Shown one piece after another: positions 20,852-30,965 of a stretch of DNA of 64,000 nucleotides. The first letter of the stretch is position 1; every line of letters begins with the position of its first letter. The notes beneath the pieces are model-generated. The model was given only the letters and a program-made list of their open reading frames with translations. It was not told the DNA's origin and made no database searches. The position numbers were made by a program, and so were the translations under genes. Source of the stretch: Rhodospirillales bacterium (lineage in GTDB: Bacteria; Pseudomonadota; Alphaproteobacteria; Rhodospirillales; Casp-alpha2); NCBI GenBank assembly GCA_017640505.1, contig JAEPQO010000001.1, positions 262,625 through 326,624 of the forward strand, given 5' to 3'.

Positions 20852-22060
20852 ATGAAAAAATCGTTCGGCCCGCTGGCCGGGATGAAAGTCGTCGAACTGG
20901 CCCACATCATGGCAGGACCCGTATGCGGGCTGATGCTCGCCGATATGGGCGCCGACGTGATCAAAGTCGAGAAGATTCCCGGCGGCGACGACTCGCGCCG
21001 CTTCCTGCCCCCCGACATCGACGGCGAGTCGGCGGCCTACATGATGATGAACCGAAACAAGCGCGGCGTCGCCCTCGACCTCAAGACCGAGAACGGTAAG
21101 AACGTGCTCCGAAAACTTCTGGCCGATGCCGACGTGGTCACCGAGAACTACCGTCACGACACCATGCAGAAACTCGGTTTCGGATACGAGGACCTGAAGA
21201 AGGACAATCCGGGCCTGATCTATTGCGCCATATCCGGCTTCGGCCGCACCGGCCCTTACGCCGAGCGCGGCGGCTTCGATTTGATCGCACAGGGGATGAG
21301 CGGCCTGATGTCGTTCACCGGCGAAGGCCCGGGCCGACCGCCGTGCAAGGTCGGCGCGCCCGTTACCGACATCACCGCCGGCATCCTGGCCGCGCTGGGT
21401 TGCGTTTCCGCCTACGTGCACAAGCTCAAGACCGGCGAGGGACAGATCGTCGACACGTCACTGTTCGAAGCCGGGATCGTGCACACCTACTGGCAGAGCG
21501 CCATCGCGCTCGCGACCGGCGTCGCGCCCGGTCCAATGGGCTCCGCGCATCCGCTCAATGGTCCCTATCAGGCGTTCGAGACCAGCGACGGCTGGATCAC
21601 CATCGGCGCCGCCAACCAGCGCAACTGGGAACGGCTGCTCAATGTCATGGAAGCGACGGAAATCGGCGAAGACCCCCGTTTCGCCAGCAACTCGGAACGC
21701 ATGGCGCACCTGAAGGAACTCGAAGCCGTGCTGGCCCCTATTTTCAAGACGCGCACCAAGGACGACTGGCTGACGCGGCTGGAAAACGCCGGCGTCCCGG
21801 CCGGGCCGGTCATGGATGTCTGCGAGATGTTCGAAGACCCGCATGCGCAGGCCCGCGGCATGATCCCGACCGTCGATCATGCGAAGCTCGGCCCCGTGCG
21901 CACACTCGGTTTGCCGATCAAGTTGTCGGAGACGCCGGGCGAGGTGGCGACGGCAGCGCCTTTATTCGGCCAGCATACCGAGGAAGTCCTGAAAGAGTAT
22001 GGATTTGCCGAGGATGAAATTGCGGCATTCGCCGACGAAGGCGCGGTCGCGACGTCCTGA
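20852..22060 (+). CDS. family III CoA-transferase (CaiB/BaiF)
   Basis: VVELAHIMAGPVCGLMLADMGADVIKVE N-terminal signature; 402 aa. Confidence 0.85.
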   Translation: MKKSFGPLAGMKVVELAHIMAGPVCGLMLADMGADVIKVEKIPGGDDSRRFLPPDIDGESAAYMMMNRNKRGVALDLKTENGKNVLRKLLADADVVTENYRHDTMQKLGFGYEDLKKDNPGLIYCAISGFGRTGPYAERGGFDLIAQGMSGLMSFTGEGPGRPPCKVGAPVTDITAGILAALGCVSAYVHKLKTGEGQIVDTSLFEAGIVHTYWQSAIALATGVAPGPMGSAHPLNGPYQAFETSDGWITIGAANQRNWERLLNVMEATEIGEDPRFASNSERMAHLKELEAVLAPIFKTRTKDDWLTRLENAGVPAGPVMDVCEMFEDPHAQARGMIPTVDHAKLGPVRTLGLPIKLSETPGEVATAAPLFGQHTEEVLKEYGFAEDEIAAFADEGAVATS

Positions 22061-22061
22061 C

Positions 22062-22811
22062 TCAGGCGAGCCGGCGCAAGGCTGCCTCCACCGCCGCAAC
22101 CTGACGGTCAACGTCGATATTGATAATGGACGTTACCTCCAGGTTCTTGTCGTCAAATACGTCGACACCGGCATCTGCTGTTTCGTACGCGGACACGACT
22201 TCGTCGCGCGCATGCAACAGCGCCTCCACCGTCGGCTGAAACAATGTCAGCATCGCGCCGACCCATTCATTCGTCTCCGGCGAAGGATTCCCGTGGCCGA
22301 TCCGGAAATGCGGCAACAACCGCGTCACGACGCCCGCGTCATACCAGGCCTCGCCGGTGACCCAACGGTTCGTGGTGAACAGGCGGATCGCGCGTCCGTC
22401 GAACCCCATCGAAATGGCCACGAGATGCGCGGGCGGGTTTTGCTCTCGGGTGTTGGGGCCGCACTCGGCGGTTTCCCCGGCAATGACGTCCATCGGAAAT
22501 CCGCCCGGACGCAGAAACGTATGGAAATGCCCGTGCTCGTCGCCCCACGTGTTGTCACGCACATCGGGCGGGTGGGAGTGATAGTAATACTGCGCATGGC
22601 TATCCGGACAGAACACATCGCCCGCAGGATAATGGTCCCACTGAAAAAATTCCTCGCTCGAGGAAAGAAGTTCCGCCACCACGTTGCTGCCAGCTTCGGC
22701 AAGGGCACGCTCGCTGGCCAGGACCCGGCGCCCGGCGTCGTTCATTTCGTCCAGCCGCGGACGCGGCAGGTCGTCCAGCGGCATTACGTCATCAAATGTC
22801 AGAACACGCAT
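22062..22811 (-). CDS. hypothetical protein (conserved-looking, His-rich core)
   Basis: 249-aa ORF with host-like codon usage. HSHPPDVRDNTWGDEHGHFHTF looks like a metal-binding segment. No family recognised. Confidence 0.45.
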   Translation of the reverse strand: MRVLTFDDVMPLDDLPRPRLDEMNDAGRRVLASERALAEAGSNVVAELLSSSEEFFQWDHYPAGDVFCPDSHAQYYYHSHPPDVRDNTWGDEHGHFHTFLRPGGFPMDVIAGETAECGPNTREQNPPAHLVAISMGFDGRAIRLFTTNRWVTGEAWYDAGVVTRLLPHFRIGHGNPSPETNEWVGAMLTLFQPTVEALLHARDEVVSAYETADAGVDVFDDKNLEVTSIINIDVDRQVAAVEAALRRLA

Positions 22812-23771
22812 CTAAGGACCGATGCCAAGGGCAATAGAAATCATCTGTTTGCCGTTACCCCTGAGAGTTTCGAGCTTCATCGTTTCGCCGGCACGTTTCA
22901 TAAATATTTTGGCTTCAAGCGACGGCATCGACAACACAGGACTTCCGTCGAGACGTGTAATGATATCCCCCGCCTCGAGCCCGGCCTTGAACGCCGGGCC
23001 GTCGACGACGACACTTTCGACAAGCACGCCGGCGCGCCCTGCCGCCAATTGCGGCGGCAGGACCTGGGCCCTGAACCCGGCGAACCCGCGCTTCACCTTG
23101 CCGTGGGCCTTGAGATCATCAACCACGCGCATCAGCAGCGGAACCGACGTGGCAAAGTTGACGCCGATATCGGCGTCGCTGGCCTTGGTGAAGATCGCCG
23201 CAACCATACCGACGAGACGCCCGTCCCGATCGACCAATGCACCGCCGGAGCCGCCGGGATTGACTGCGGCATCGGTCTGGATGAAATCCTCGACCGGGTT
23301 GAAGCCGATGCCGGCGCGACCCACCGCTGAAACGACGCCGCATGTCACGCTGAGCCCCAGGCCGAACTGGTTGCCGATCGCACAGACGGGCGCAGCCAGA
23401 TCCGGATCCGGCGCCGCGTCGAGGACCGGCAGGTCGGCCGTCACCCGCAACAAGGCGATGTCGGTCATCCGGTCGCGTCCGACAATCTCTGCTTTTAGCG
23501 TCCGGCCGTCCTCAGTCATGACCTCGATGTTTTCCGCATCGCCGATCACGTGAACATTGGTTGCGACATATCCGCCCGGCAGCACGGCGACGCCGGTCCC
23601 CTGCGGGTCACGGGGCGCGCCCGACGCATCGGTGCCGCGAGCCGCAAGCGACCAGTCAGGCTTGATCCGCACGACGGAGTCCAACACGCTCCGGTCCAGC
23701 GCCGATGCCATCGGCGGGCAGGCCACGGCCGCGACAAGCACAACCAAAAGTATGCGAATTCTTGCAGTCAT
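22812..23771 (-). CDS. periplasmic trypsin-like serine protease with PDZ domain (S1C/HtrA-like)
   Basis: Start trimmed to ATG 23771 (MTARIRILLVVLVAAVACPPMASA signal peptide). TNVHV, DIALL, GGSGGAL catalytic-triad contexts and a C-terminal PDZ-like GDIITRLDG. The upstream 256 codons of the track ORF are shadow. Confidence 0.8.
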   Translation of the reverse strand: MTARIRILLVVLVAAVACPPMASALDRSVLDSVVRIKPDWSLAARGTDASGAPRDPQGTGVAVLPGGYVATNVHVIGDAENIEVMTEDGRTLKAEIVGRDRMTDIALLRVTADLPVLDAAPDPDLAAPVCAIGNQFGLGLSVTCGVVSAVGRAGIGFNPVEDFIQTDAAVNPGGSGGALVDRDGRLVGMVAAIFTKASDADIGVNFATSVPLLMRVVDDLKAHGKVKRGFAGFRAQVLPPQLAAGRAGVLVESVVVDGPAFKAGLEAGDIITRLDGSPVLSMPSLEAKIFMKRAGETMKLETLRGNGKQMISIALGIGP

Positions 23772-23828
23772 CAAGAAACAGGATGACGTGAAGCCGCATG
23801 TCAGTAAACTCAAATGGGGAGAACATTC

Positions 23829-24869
23829 ATGCTCGATATTGCAGACGATCCGGTTACCGGATTCCCGCGGGCCACGCTGGCACATGCGCCAACACCGCTC
23901 GTGCCGCTGGAAAGCGTCATGCGGCGATACGGGCATCCTCACCTTTACGTTAAACGCGACGACCTCACCGGCCTCGCCATGGGCGGCAACAAGGCACGGC
24001 AGCTCGAGTACTATTTCGGTCAGGCGCTGGCCGAAGGTGCAGACACGGTGCTGATCACCGGCGCCATTCAGTCGAACTTCGCCCGCCAGTGCGCGGCATC
24101 CGCGCGCAAGCTCGGGCTGAACTGCGAAATCCAGCTTGAGAACAGGGTGCAGGGGATGCCCGAAGGCCAGGAGCGCACCGGCAATTACCTGCTCGACCGC
24201 ATTCTCGGCGTGCCGGTGCATCTGTTCCCGGTTGGCGAGGACGAATCGGCCGCCGACGACAATCTCGAGAAGATCGCGGACGACATCCGCGCACGCGGCG
24301 GCAAACCCTATGTCATTCATCTGGGTGCGGATCATGCGCCGCTTGGCGCACTGGGATATGTGGACTGCGCACGCGAGGTTCTCGAACAGACCGAGGCACG
24401 CGGCATTTCGCTCGGGGCCGTCGTCGTCGCAAGCGGCAGCGCGGCGTCGCATGCCGGAATGATTACGGGCCTTCGGCATTACGGCTCCGACGCAACGGTG
24501 TTCGGTATCTGTGTCCGGCGTGCAGCGGCGCTGCAGCACCCACGCGTGTTGAAACGGAGCATGGAACTCGCGGCAATGCTGGGAAAACCGGACCTACTGA
24601 CGGATACCGACATCATCACCACCGACGATTACCTCGGCGAGGGGTACGGCAAACCCACGGCGGGCACGCTCAGCGCCATCGAGCGCGGCGCGCGTGATGA
24701 AACGCTGCTTCTGGATCCGGTATACAGCGGCAAGGCGTATGACGGTTTCCTGAGCCTTCTCGGCAACGGCGCAATGCCGGCCGACAAGGCCTGCGTGTTC
24801 ATTCACACCGGCGGCACACCCGGGCTGTTCGCCTACGCGCATTTGTGGGAGCCGGGTGGTACGCCATGA
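23829..24869 (+). CDS. PLP-dependent D-cysteine desulfhydrase / ACC deaminase family protein
   Basis: GGNKARQLEY PLP-lysine motif and fold-type II pattern. ATG 23829 is preceded by GGGGAG. Confidence 0.75.
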   Translation: MLDIADDPVTGFPRATLAHAPTPLVPLESVMRRYGHPHLYVKRDDLTGLAMGGNKARQLEYYFGQALAEGADTVLITGAIQSNFARQCAASARKLGLNCEIQLENRVQGMPEGQERTGNYLLDRILGVPVHLFPVGEDESAADDNLEKIADDIRARGGKPYVIHLGADHAPLGALGYVDCAREVLEQTEARGISLGAVVVASGSAASHAGMITGLRHYGSDATVFGICVRRAAALQHPRVLKRSMELAAMLGKPDLLTDTDIITTDDYLGEGYGKPTAGTLSAIERGARDETLLLDPVYSGKAYDGFLSLLGNGAMPADKACVFIHTGGTPGLFAYAHLWEPGGTP

Positions 24870-25345
24870 AACTGCCACGCACCATTCGCCTCGATCCCTC
24901 GGACGCGCGCGTATTCGCACGCGCTGCGGAACCCGGCGAGTGGGCGGTCACCGGCACTTTTGCTTTCGTCGACGCCGTACCGGGCGAACTGGATAACAAG
25001 ACCCAGCTCGCGTTCAAATCCGGATGGCTCGGCCTCGACAGTTTCGGGTTTTCGACGTTCGTCCAGGTCACGGTTGTGCCAGAGGGCGAAGACGAAGCCG
25101 CAGCCCGGGCGCTTGCGGTGCATCTGTTCGAGACCTATGGCGCCCCGGATATGCTGATGGCGATGACCGCCGCCCGAAGCGAAATTGCCTATGCGGCATC
25201 GCTGTGCGATCAGCCTGCGGGCACCCTGCTCGCGATCGACCGGGAGATGACCGAGGACGGCATCACAGAAAAGATCAAGGTTGTGCCACGCCCGGACGAA
25301 GACGGCGGTCACGCGCAGATCTGGACGATCGCCGAAGACTGCTGA
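24866..25345 (+). CDS. hypothetical protein, translationally coupled to the desulfhydrase-like gene
   Basis: ATGA overlap at 24866-24869. 159 aa starting MKLPRTIRLDPSDARVF. No motif recognised. Confidence 0.5.
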   Translation: MKLPRTIRLDPSDARVFARAAEPGEWAVTGTFAFVDAVPGELDNKTQLAFKSGWLGLDSFGFSTFVQVTVVPEGEDEAAARALAVHLFETYGAPDMLMAMTAARSEIAYAASLCDQPAGTLLAIDREMTEDGITEKIKVVPRPDEDGGHAQIWTIAEDC

Positions 25346-25736
25346 GACGCCCGCCGTCCAGATACCGGCGCAGCTGCCACGGCGTCAGCACCGACCGCGC
25401 CCGAATGCCGAGGACGCGTTTGACGGCCTCGACACAGGTAAACGGCGCAAGTGGCATTGTCTTCATGACAGGCGGTTTTCGTTGTACCGCAACAACGTCG
25501 CACCCGGCATCGCGAAACGAGGCCACGATTTCCCGCGGCGTGACGTCGCCGAGCGACAGGATTTCCATGCCGTTGGACAGTGGATCGAGCAAATGCCATT
25601 GCCCGCCGGCCTGCGTTGCCACGAGGCAATGCTGATATCCTGACTTCAAGACCTGAAGATACCGCAGCGACGACGGCCCGAAGGCGACGATCGCCAGTGA
25701 CTGCCCGCGGGGCCGGATTTTTGCCGCCCCCATCAT
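25275..25736 (-). CDS. hypothetical protein
   Basis: 153-aa ORF, 4-nt overlap with the upstream 123-aa ORF. Its C-terminal ~24 codons are low complexity (RLSSLRRSSRSARDRRLRPG) and overlap the convergent gene by 71 nt, so the true 3' end is uncertain. Confidence 0.4.
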   Translation of the reverse strand: MMGAAKIRPRGQSLAIVAFGPSSLRYLQVLKSGYQHCLVATQAGGQWHLLDPLSNGMEILSLGDVTPREIVASFRDAGCDVVAVQRKPPVMKTMPLAPFTCVEAVKRVLGIRARSVLTPWQLRRYLDGGRLSSLRRSSRSARDRRLRPGVAQP

Positions 25737-26104
25737 TCGACGATCCCCTTGCCGACGAGGTAGGGCTCCAGGGTGTCGAACGCATCCACCCAGATGACCC
25801 AGTCGACCGTTTCGTCGTCTTCCTGCGCAAACGGCGGACGATCCAGATAACCGTATTCACCCATGACTTCGAGATGCAGGTCAAAGAGTTCGGCTTTCCT
25901 GTGCAAACGCGAGACCAGACTGTAAATGTCGTCCGGCAGGCACGGACGGTCGAAGACGGGGGCCGACTGCTCCGCCTTCGCGCGTTCGGCACGTGCCTTT
26001 TCGGTTCGAATGAACCAGAACCACGCTTCTTCCGCGGAACTGAACTTGATGATGGGTTTCGATCCACTTGTCGCGGGACCATAAGCTTTCTGTGTTGCCG
26101 TCAT
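25733..26104 (-). CDS. hypothetical protein
   Basis: 123-aa ORF (AEEAWFWFIRTEKARAERAKAE...RPCLPDDIYSLVSRLHRKAELFDLHLEVMGEYG). Possible small HTH-like protein; no family recognised. Confidence 0.4.
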   Translation of the reverse strand: MTATQKAYGPATSGSKPIIKFSSAEEAWFWFIRTEKARAERAKAEQSAPVFDRPCLPDDIYSLVSRLHRKAELFDLHLEVMGEYGYLDRPPFAQEDDETVDWVIWVDAFDTLEPYLVGKGIVE

Positions 26105-26296
26105 TGTGGGTGCCTCCCGGATGTATTTCGCTTTGCTGTTGGATTACTGAAATTGATGCACGGGCGCCTGCCCGGTGCGGTCACGCAGGTTGATATACGC
26201 GCGCATATTTTACTATTTACCGGAGTTTTCCGGCTGTCTTGGTCGCTTTTGACTCTTCGCGGTAAAGGTATAAAAAAGACCGGAGGAGGGCCCAGC

Positions 26297-27154
26297 ATGG
26301 CACATAACCAACCCGGCACGGTCTGGACATACACAGGCGACGAATGGCATGAGGGTGACAAAGCCGTTCTCTCACCGAGACATCAGGCCTTCTGGCTTGC
26401 CTCCACCGTATTCGACGGGGCGCGTTACATGTCGGGTCGGGCACCCGATCTCGATAAACACATCGAGCGCCTCATGAACTCGGCGCGTATCCTCGGCCTC
26501 AAACCGACAAAGACCGTCGAGGAAATCGAGAAACTGGCCTGGGAAGGCATCGCCAAGTTCGACAAGGACGCGGATCTTTACATCTGCCCGATCTTCTATG
26601 CCGAGGAAGGCGCCGTCGTGCTGCCGATCCCCGAGAGCACTCAGTTTTCGATGGTCGTGCGCGAGGCGCCGATGCCGCCCTTCGAAGGCTTCAGTGCCTG
26701 TCGTTCGAGCTTCCGCCGGCCGGCGCGCGACCAGGCACCGACGGAAGCCAAGGCGTCCTGTCTTTACCCCAACGTCGCACGCAGCGTCGGTGAAGCGCAG
26801 GAAAAGGGTTTCGACGTGGGGGTCGTGCTCGATCCGTCCGGCAATGTCGCCGAGTTCTCGTACGCCAACCTTTTCATGGTGAAAGACGGCGTCGTATCGA
26901 CGCCGGCCATCAACGGCACATTCCTGAACGGGATCACGCGCCAGCGTGTCATCAAGCTTTTGAGCGATGACGGTTACAAGGTCGTGGAGCGTGCGATCGA
27001 CTTCGACGAGCTTCTCGGCGCGGACGAACTGTTCGCCACTGGGAACTATGCCAAGGTCAAACCGTGTACGAAGCTCGAAGACCGGGAATACCAGCCGGGG
27101 CCCGTGGCGACACGCGCACGCGAGCTGTATTTCGATTTCGCGAAAACCGCCTGA
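26297..27154 (+). CDS. branched-chain amino acid aminotransferase (fold type IV)
   Basis: Start trimmed to ATG 26297 after GGAGGAGGG. 285 aa with class IV aminotransferase pattern (EAKASCLYPN, ANLFMVKDGVVSTP, GITRQRVI). Confidence 0.8.
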   Translation: MAHNQPGTVWTYTGDEWHEGDKAVLSPRHQAFWLASTVFDGARYMSGRAPDLDKHIERLMNSARILGLKPTKTVEEIEKLAWEGIAKFDKDADLYICPIFYAEEGAVVLPIPESTQFSMVVREAPMPPFEGFSACRSSFRRPARDQAPTEAKASCLYPNVARSVGEAQEKGFDVGVVLDPSGNVAEFSYANLFMVKDGVVSTPAINGTFLNGITRQRVIKLLSDDGYKVVERAIDFDELLGADELFATGNYAKVKPCTKLEDREYQPGPVATRARELYFDFAKTA

Positions 27155-27157
27155 GCG

Positions 27158-28084
27158 TTAGCCCAGCAGCGCGCCTAGGAAGATCATCAAGCCCGCATCG
27201 CGGTTCGACTTGAAGCGTTCGAGACAGTTCTTCGGCTCGTCGATATCGAGCGTCCCAACCTGCCAGGCGAACTGTGCCGCAGCCGCGGCCAGCATCAGGA
27301 AATAGAACCAGCCCATGCCGGCGGCACTGCCCGAGAACGCCAGGAACGCCACCGTCACCGTATACACCAGCAGCGCAAACGGCCGCGTGTTGCGGCCGAG
27401 CTTGATCGACGACGACTTCACACCCACCAGAATGTCGTCTTCCTTATCCTGGTGGCCGTAGATCGTGTCGTAACCGAGCGTCCAGAAGAAGCCGCCCGCG
27501 TACATCAGAATTGCCGGCCAGCCGACACTCCCTTCCACCGCGCACCAGGCAAGCAATGCCCCCCAGTTGAACGTGATCCCGAGAAAAGCCTGCGGCCAGT
27601 ATGTCACCCGTTTCATTAGCGGATAGACGGCGACAAGGCCCAGCGACGCCACGCCCATGGCCACTGTCGTGCCGTTGAACTGCAGCAGAATGACAAGCCC
27701 GACCAGCAGAAGGCAGCCGAGAAAGACCAGCGCCGAGCGGACGGATACCTCACCCGATGCGATGGGTCGGTCTGCTGTGCGGGCAACCTTGCCGTCGATG
27801 TCCCGATCCCAGAGATCGTTGACCACGCATCCTGCACCCCTCATCACGAAGGCGCCGATACCGAACAATAGGACGAACCAGGGGTCCGGCGTGGACCCTG
27901 TAACGGCCTGGCTGGCCATCGCCACCGACCAGAGGCACGGCAGCAGCAGCAACCACGTGCCGATCGGCCGGTCGGCACGTATCAACCGCATGTACGGTCT
28001 GGCCACTGCGGGCGCGAGGCGGATCATCCAGGAATCCCGCTGGATATCGCTTGCGTGCTGAAAATGGGGCGCTGTCCTAGACAT
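27158..28084 (-). CDS. ubiA: 4-hydroxybenzoate polyprenyltransferase
   Basis: Start trimmed to ATG 28084. RPYMRLIRADRPIGTWLLL and NDLWDRDIDGKVARTADRP (UbiA Asp-rich motif), multiple TM helices. Confidence 0.85.
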   Translation of the reverse strand: MSRTAPHFQHASDIQRDSWMIRLAPAVARPYMRLIRADRPIGTWLLLLPCLWSVAMASQAVTGSTPDPWFVLLFGIGAFVMRGAGCVVNDLWDRDIDGKVARTADRPIASGEVSVRSALVFLGCLLLVGLVILLQFNGTTVAMGVASLGLVAVYPLMKRVTYWPQAFLGITFNWGALLAWCAVEGSVGWPAILMYAGGFFWTLGYDTIYGHQDKEDDILVGVKSSSIKLGRNTRPFALLVYTVTVAFLAFSGSAAGMGWFYFLMLAAAAAQFAWQVGTLDIDEPKNCLERFKSNRDAGLMIFLGALLG

Positions 28085-28192
28085 CCCGGGTTTATAGCTG
28101 ACGCACGGGTCAAGATGAAAGTCCTGTTCGGCATAGGCCCGGCGGTTTACGCCGGAGTGCGCCCGGACAATAATCCGGGCTGGGAGGCAGGC

Positions 28193-28927
28193 ATGACGGA
28201 GACCCCATCGATACGGCTGTTCGTGGACAGCGCCCTGGAAGCCGGTGCGGCGGTTCAGCTCGACCGTGGACAAAGCCATTACCTGGTCAACGTGATGCGG
28301 CAGCCGCAGGGTGCTGGTCTGCTGCTGTTCAACGGTCGGGACGGTGAGTGGCTTTGCGAGATCGCCGCCGCGGACAAGAAGGCGACCGTCATTACCGTGA
28401 TGTCCCGTACCCGCGAGCAGGATGCGGAGCCGGACGTATGGCTGGCATTTGCCCCCCTCAAGAAGGACCGGACCGACTTCCTGATCGAAAAAGCGACGGA
28501 GTTGGGCGTCCGGCGCCTTTTGCCCGTGACGACGCAACACACCCAGTCAGCGCGCCTTAGAACGGACCGCCTGCATGCCACGGCCATTGAAGCCGCAGAA
28601 CAGTCGCGCCGCCTTTCCGTACCGGCGATTGCGGAGCCCGCCTCACTCGACCGCGTCCTGGCGGACTGGCCCGCGGGGCGACGTCTCGTATACCTCGACG
28701 AAACCGGCACCGGCGCGCCGCTCGCCGCGGTTCTCGCCGAAGGGCATGACGCTCTCGGCTTTTTGATCGGTCCCGAGGGCGGGTTCTCACGGGCGGAGCT
28801 TGACGCGCTTCGCAATCTGACCTTTTCTGTCGCCGCCGATCTGGGCCCACGCATTCTCAGAGCCGAAACCGCCGCCACCGCTGCACTTGCAATTCGCCAA
28901 TCCATCGCCGATCTCAATCGGAACTGA
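28193..28927 (+). CDS. rsmE: 16S rRNA (uracil1498-N3)-methyltransferase
   Basis: Start trimmed to ATG 28193. RLFVD...HYLVNVMR N-terminus and a C-terminal SPOUT knot ([12 protein letters not shown]...[12 protein letters not shown]). Confidence 0.85.
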   Translation: MTETPSIRLFVDSALEAGAAVQLDRGQSHYLVNVMRQPQGAGLLLFNGRDGEWLCEIAAADKKATVITVMSRTREQDAEPDVWLAFAPLKKDRTDFLIEKATELGVRRLLPVTTQHTQSARLRTDRLHATAIEAAEQSRRLSVPAIAEPASLDRVLADWPAGRRLVYLDETGTGAPLAAVLAEGHDALGFLIGPEGGFSRAELDALRNLTFSVAADLGPRILRAETAATAALAIRQSIADLNRN

Positions 28928-28947
28928 CCCTTACGTCGGAGAAAAAC

Positions 28948-30315
28948 ATGTCCGGTGCATCCGCCAAAAACGACACCCCCATCGAGAGCAAGGACATCCT
29001 TGTCAGCTATATGGAAAGCGGATGCAAACCGCCCGAAAAATGGCGGATCGGCACGGAGCACGAGAAGTTCGCGTTCCGTCTCGCCGACCTGAAACCCCTC
29101 ACCTATGACGGCGATCAGGGAATTCGCGAACTTCTGATGCGCCTGACACGGTTCGGCTGGGAGCCCGTCTATGAGGGCGAGAACGTCATTGCGCTTTCGT
29201 CCAAGGAAGGCGGTTCGGTATCGCTTGAACCTGCGGGACAACTGGAACTGTCCGGTGCTGCTGTCGAGAATATTCACCAGACCTGCGACGAGGTTTCGAG
29301 CCACCTCCAGCAGGTGAAGGCCATCGCCCGGGAAATGGAAATCGGGTTCGTCGGCCTCGGCTATAGGCCGAAGTGGCCTGTCGAGGACGTGCCGTGGATG
29401 CCGAAGGGCCGTTACAAGATCATGCGCGAGTACATGCCGAAGAAAGGCAAGCTCGGCCTCGAGATGATGCAGTCGACCTGCACGGTTCAGGTCAACCTGG
29501 ATTTCTGTTCCGAGCAATCGATGGTGCAGATGTTCCGGATCGCACTGGCCCTGCAACCGGTGGCGACGGCGCTTTGGGCCAACTCCCCGTTCCGCAAGGG
29601 CAAGCCCAGCGAGTACCTCTCGTACCGCAGCCACATCTGGACCGACGTCGACCCGGACCGGAGCGGCATGCTGCCGTTCGTGTTCGAGGACGGCATGGGC
29701 TTCGAGCGTTACGTGGATTACGCGCTCGACGTACCGATGTACTTCGTCTACCGCGACGGTGAATACATTGATGCAAGCGGGCAGTCATTTCGCGACTTCA
29801 TGGAAGGCAAACTGCCCGCCTACCCCGGCCATAAGCCCGTGCTGTCGGACTGGGCGGACCACATTTCGACGATTTTCCCGGAAGTGCGCCTGAAGACGTT
29901 TCTCGAAATGCGCGGCGCCGACGGCGGACCGTGGAACCGTCTGTGCGCGCTTTCGGCATTCTGGGTCGGGCTTTTGTACGACGACGAAGCACGCGCCGCG
30001 GCGTGGGATCTGGTCAAGGATTGGACCGCCGAGGAACGCCAGGCGCTTCGTGACGAGGTGCCGAAGATGGCGCTGAAAACGCCGTTCCGCAACCAGACGG
30101 TGCGCGAGATCGCCAGCGAGGCACTCTGCATTTCGCATCGCGGCCTCAAGAACCGCAACCGGCTCGACAATGTCGGCATGGACGAAAGCCACTTCCTGCA
30201 GCCGATCTTCCAGACCGCCGAAAGCGGCCTGACGCCGGCCGACGAACTGCTCGCCGCTTATCACCGGCTCTGGAAAGGCAACGTCGATCCAGTGTTCACC
30301 GAGTACGCGTACTGA
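28948..30315 (+). CDS. gshA: glutamate--cysteine ligase, plant/alphaproteobacterial type
   Basis: 455 aa. [19 protein letters not shown] and [10 protein letters not shown]-like motifs of GCS family 2. Confidence 0.85.
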   Translation: MSGASAKNDTPIESKDILVSYMESGCKPPEKWRIGTEHEKFAFRLADLKPLTYDGDQGIRELLMRLTRFGWEPVYEGENVIALSSKEGGSVSLEPAGQLELSGAAVENIHQTCDEVSSHLQQVKAIAREMEIGFVGLGYRPKWPVEDVPWMPKGRYKIMREYMPKKGKLGLEMMQSTCTVQVNLDFCSEQSMVQMFRIALALQPVATALWANSPFRKGKPSEYLSYRSHIWTDVDPDRSGMLPFVFEDGMGFERYVDYALDVPMYFVYRDGEYIDASGQSFRDFMEGKLPAYPGHKPVLSDWADHISTIFPEVRLKTFLEMRGADGGPWNRLCALSAFWVGLLYDDEARAAAWDLVKDWTAEERQALRDEVPKMALKTPFRNQTVREIASEALCISHRGLKNRNRLDNVGMDESHFLQPIFQTAESGLTPADELLAAYHRLWKGNVDPVFTEYAY

Positions 30316-30320
30316 CAACC

Positions 30321-30352
30321 GAAAAAGCCGTCGCTTCGGCGACGGCTAATCC
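30321..30352 (-). terminator. bidirectional intrinsic terminator between gshA and the tautomerase gene
   Basis: GCCGTCGC-ttcg-GCGACGGC (30327-30346). The A-run on the plus side becomes a U-run for the minus-strand transcript. Confidence 0.6.
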
Positions 30353-30372
30353 GGCAGTAGATCGAGACGTTG

Positions 30373-30579
30373 TTACTGTCCCGATCGTTTCCTGTATTCG
30401 GGGACCGGCAGTCCGCCGATCCCCCAATCTTCCATGTCCACCTCGTCAATCACCACGAACGTCGTGTTCGGGTTCTTGCCGAGTACATCCTGCAGCAACG
30501 TCGTCACACCCGCGATCAACTCGGCCTTGTGGGCAGGTGTCACGTTTTCGCGGGTAATCTTTATGTTTACATAGGGCAT
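30373..30579 (-). CDS. 4-oxalocrotonate tautomerase family protein
   Basis: MPYVNIKITRENVT... gives an N-terminal catalytic Pro after Met; 68 aa; AGGAG precedes ATG 30579. Confidence 0.8.
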   Translation of the reverse strand: MPYVNIKITRENVTPAHKAELIAGVTTLLQDVLGKNPNTTFVVIDEVDMEDWGIGGLPVPEYRKRSGQ

Positions 30580-30590
30580 CAGATCTCCTC

Positions 30591-30965
30591 TCAACTTGTT
30601 CGAACTTCGATTTGGAAGACTTTGGCGATGATCCGCCATTCACCGGCCGAGCGGATCAGTGTCAGGAAATCCGTGAACTGACGATCGCCGATAGCGCACC
30701 GCGCACGGGCAAAGGCCGTGTTCTCGCCGGCAAACTCGATGCTCTCGACGGCATCTATCCGTGCTTCGCCTCTGGACGCCGGAGACGTCCGCGCCGCAAC
30801 GACCGGCACGTACTCTTCCATCGTGCGATAAAGCAGCGGCTGCTCATCCGCCGTCGCATAGATTGCACGCGGATGAAACACCTGCGTCAGCTTGTCGGTA
30901 TCGCAATAATAAAGTGCGTCGAAGTAGGCATCGAGGACACGGCATACGGCATCGTACGGGCTCAT
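30591..30965 (-). CDS. NTF2-like (SnoaL/lumazine-binding-like) protein
   Basis: 124 aa. The YFDALYYCDTDKL...GEWRIIAKVF pattern is typical of NTF2-fold proteins. 4-nt overlap with the upstream GST. Confidence 0.5.
   Translation of the reverse strand: MSPYDAVCRVLDAYFDALYYCDTDKLTQVFHPRAIYATADEQPLLYRTMEEYVPVVAARTSPASRGEARIDAVESIEFAGENTAFARARCAIGDRQFTDFLTLIRSAGEWRIIAKVFQIEVRTS

Noticed and set aside
22812-24539. Long N-terminal extensions in the track ORFs for the protease (575 aa), the BCAT (25580-27154, 524 aa), ubiA (27158-28540, 460 aa), rsmE (28055), pheT (10822) and the GT4 gene (3279).
   Set aside because: The extensions overlap neighbouring real genes, lack homology-like sequence, and internal ATGs with SD-like sequences give canonical N-termini (signal peptide, [12 protein letters not shown], and so on).
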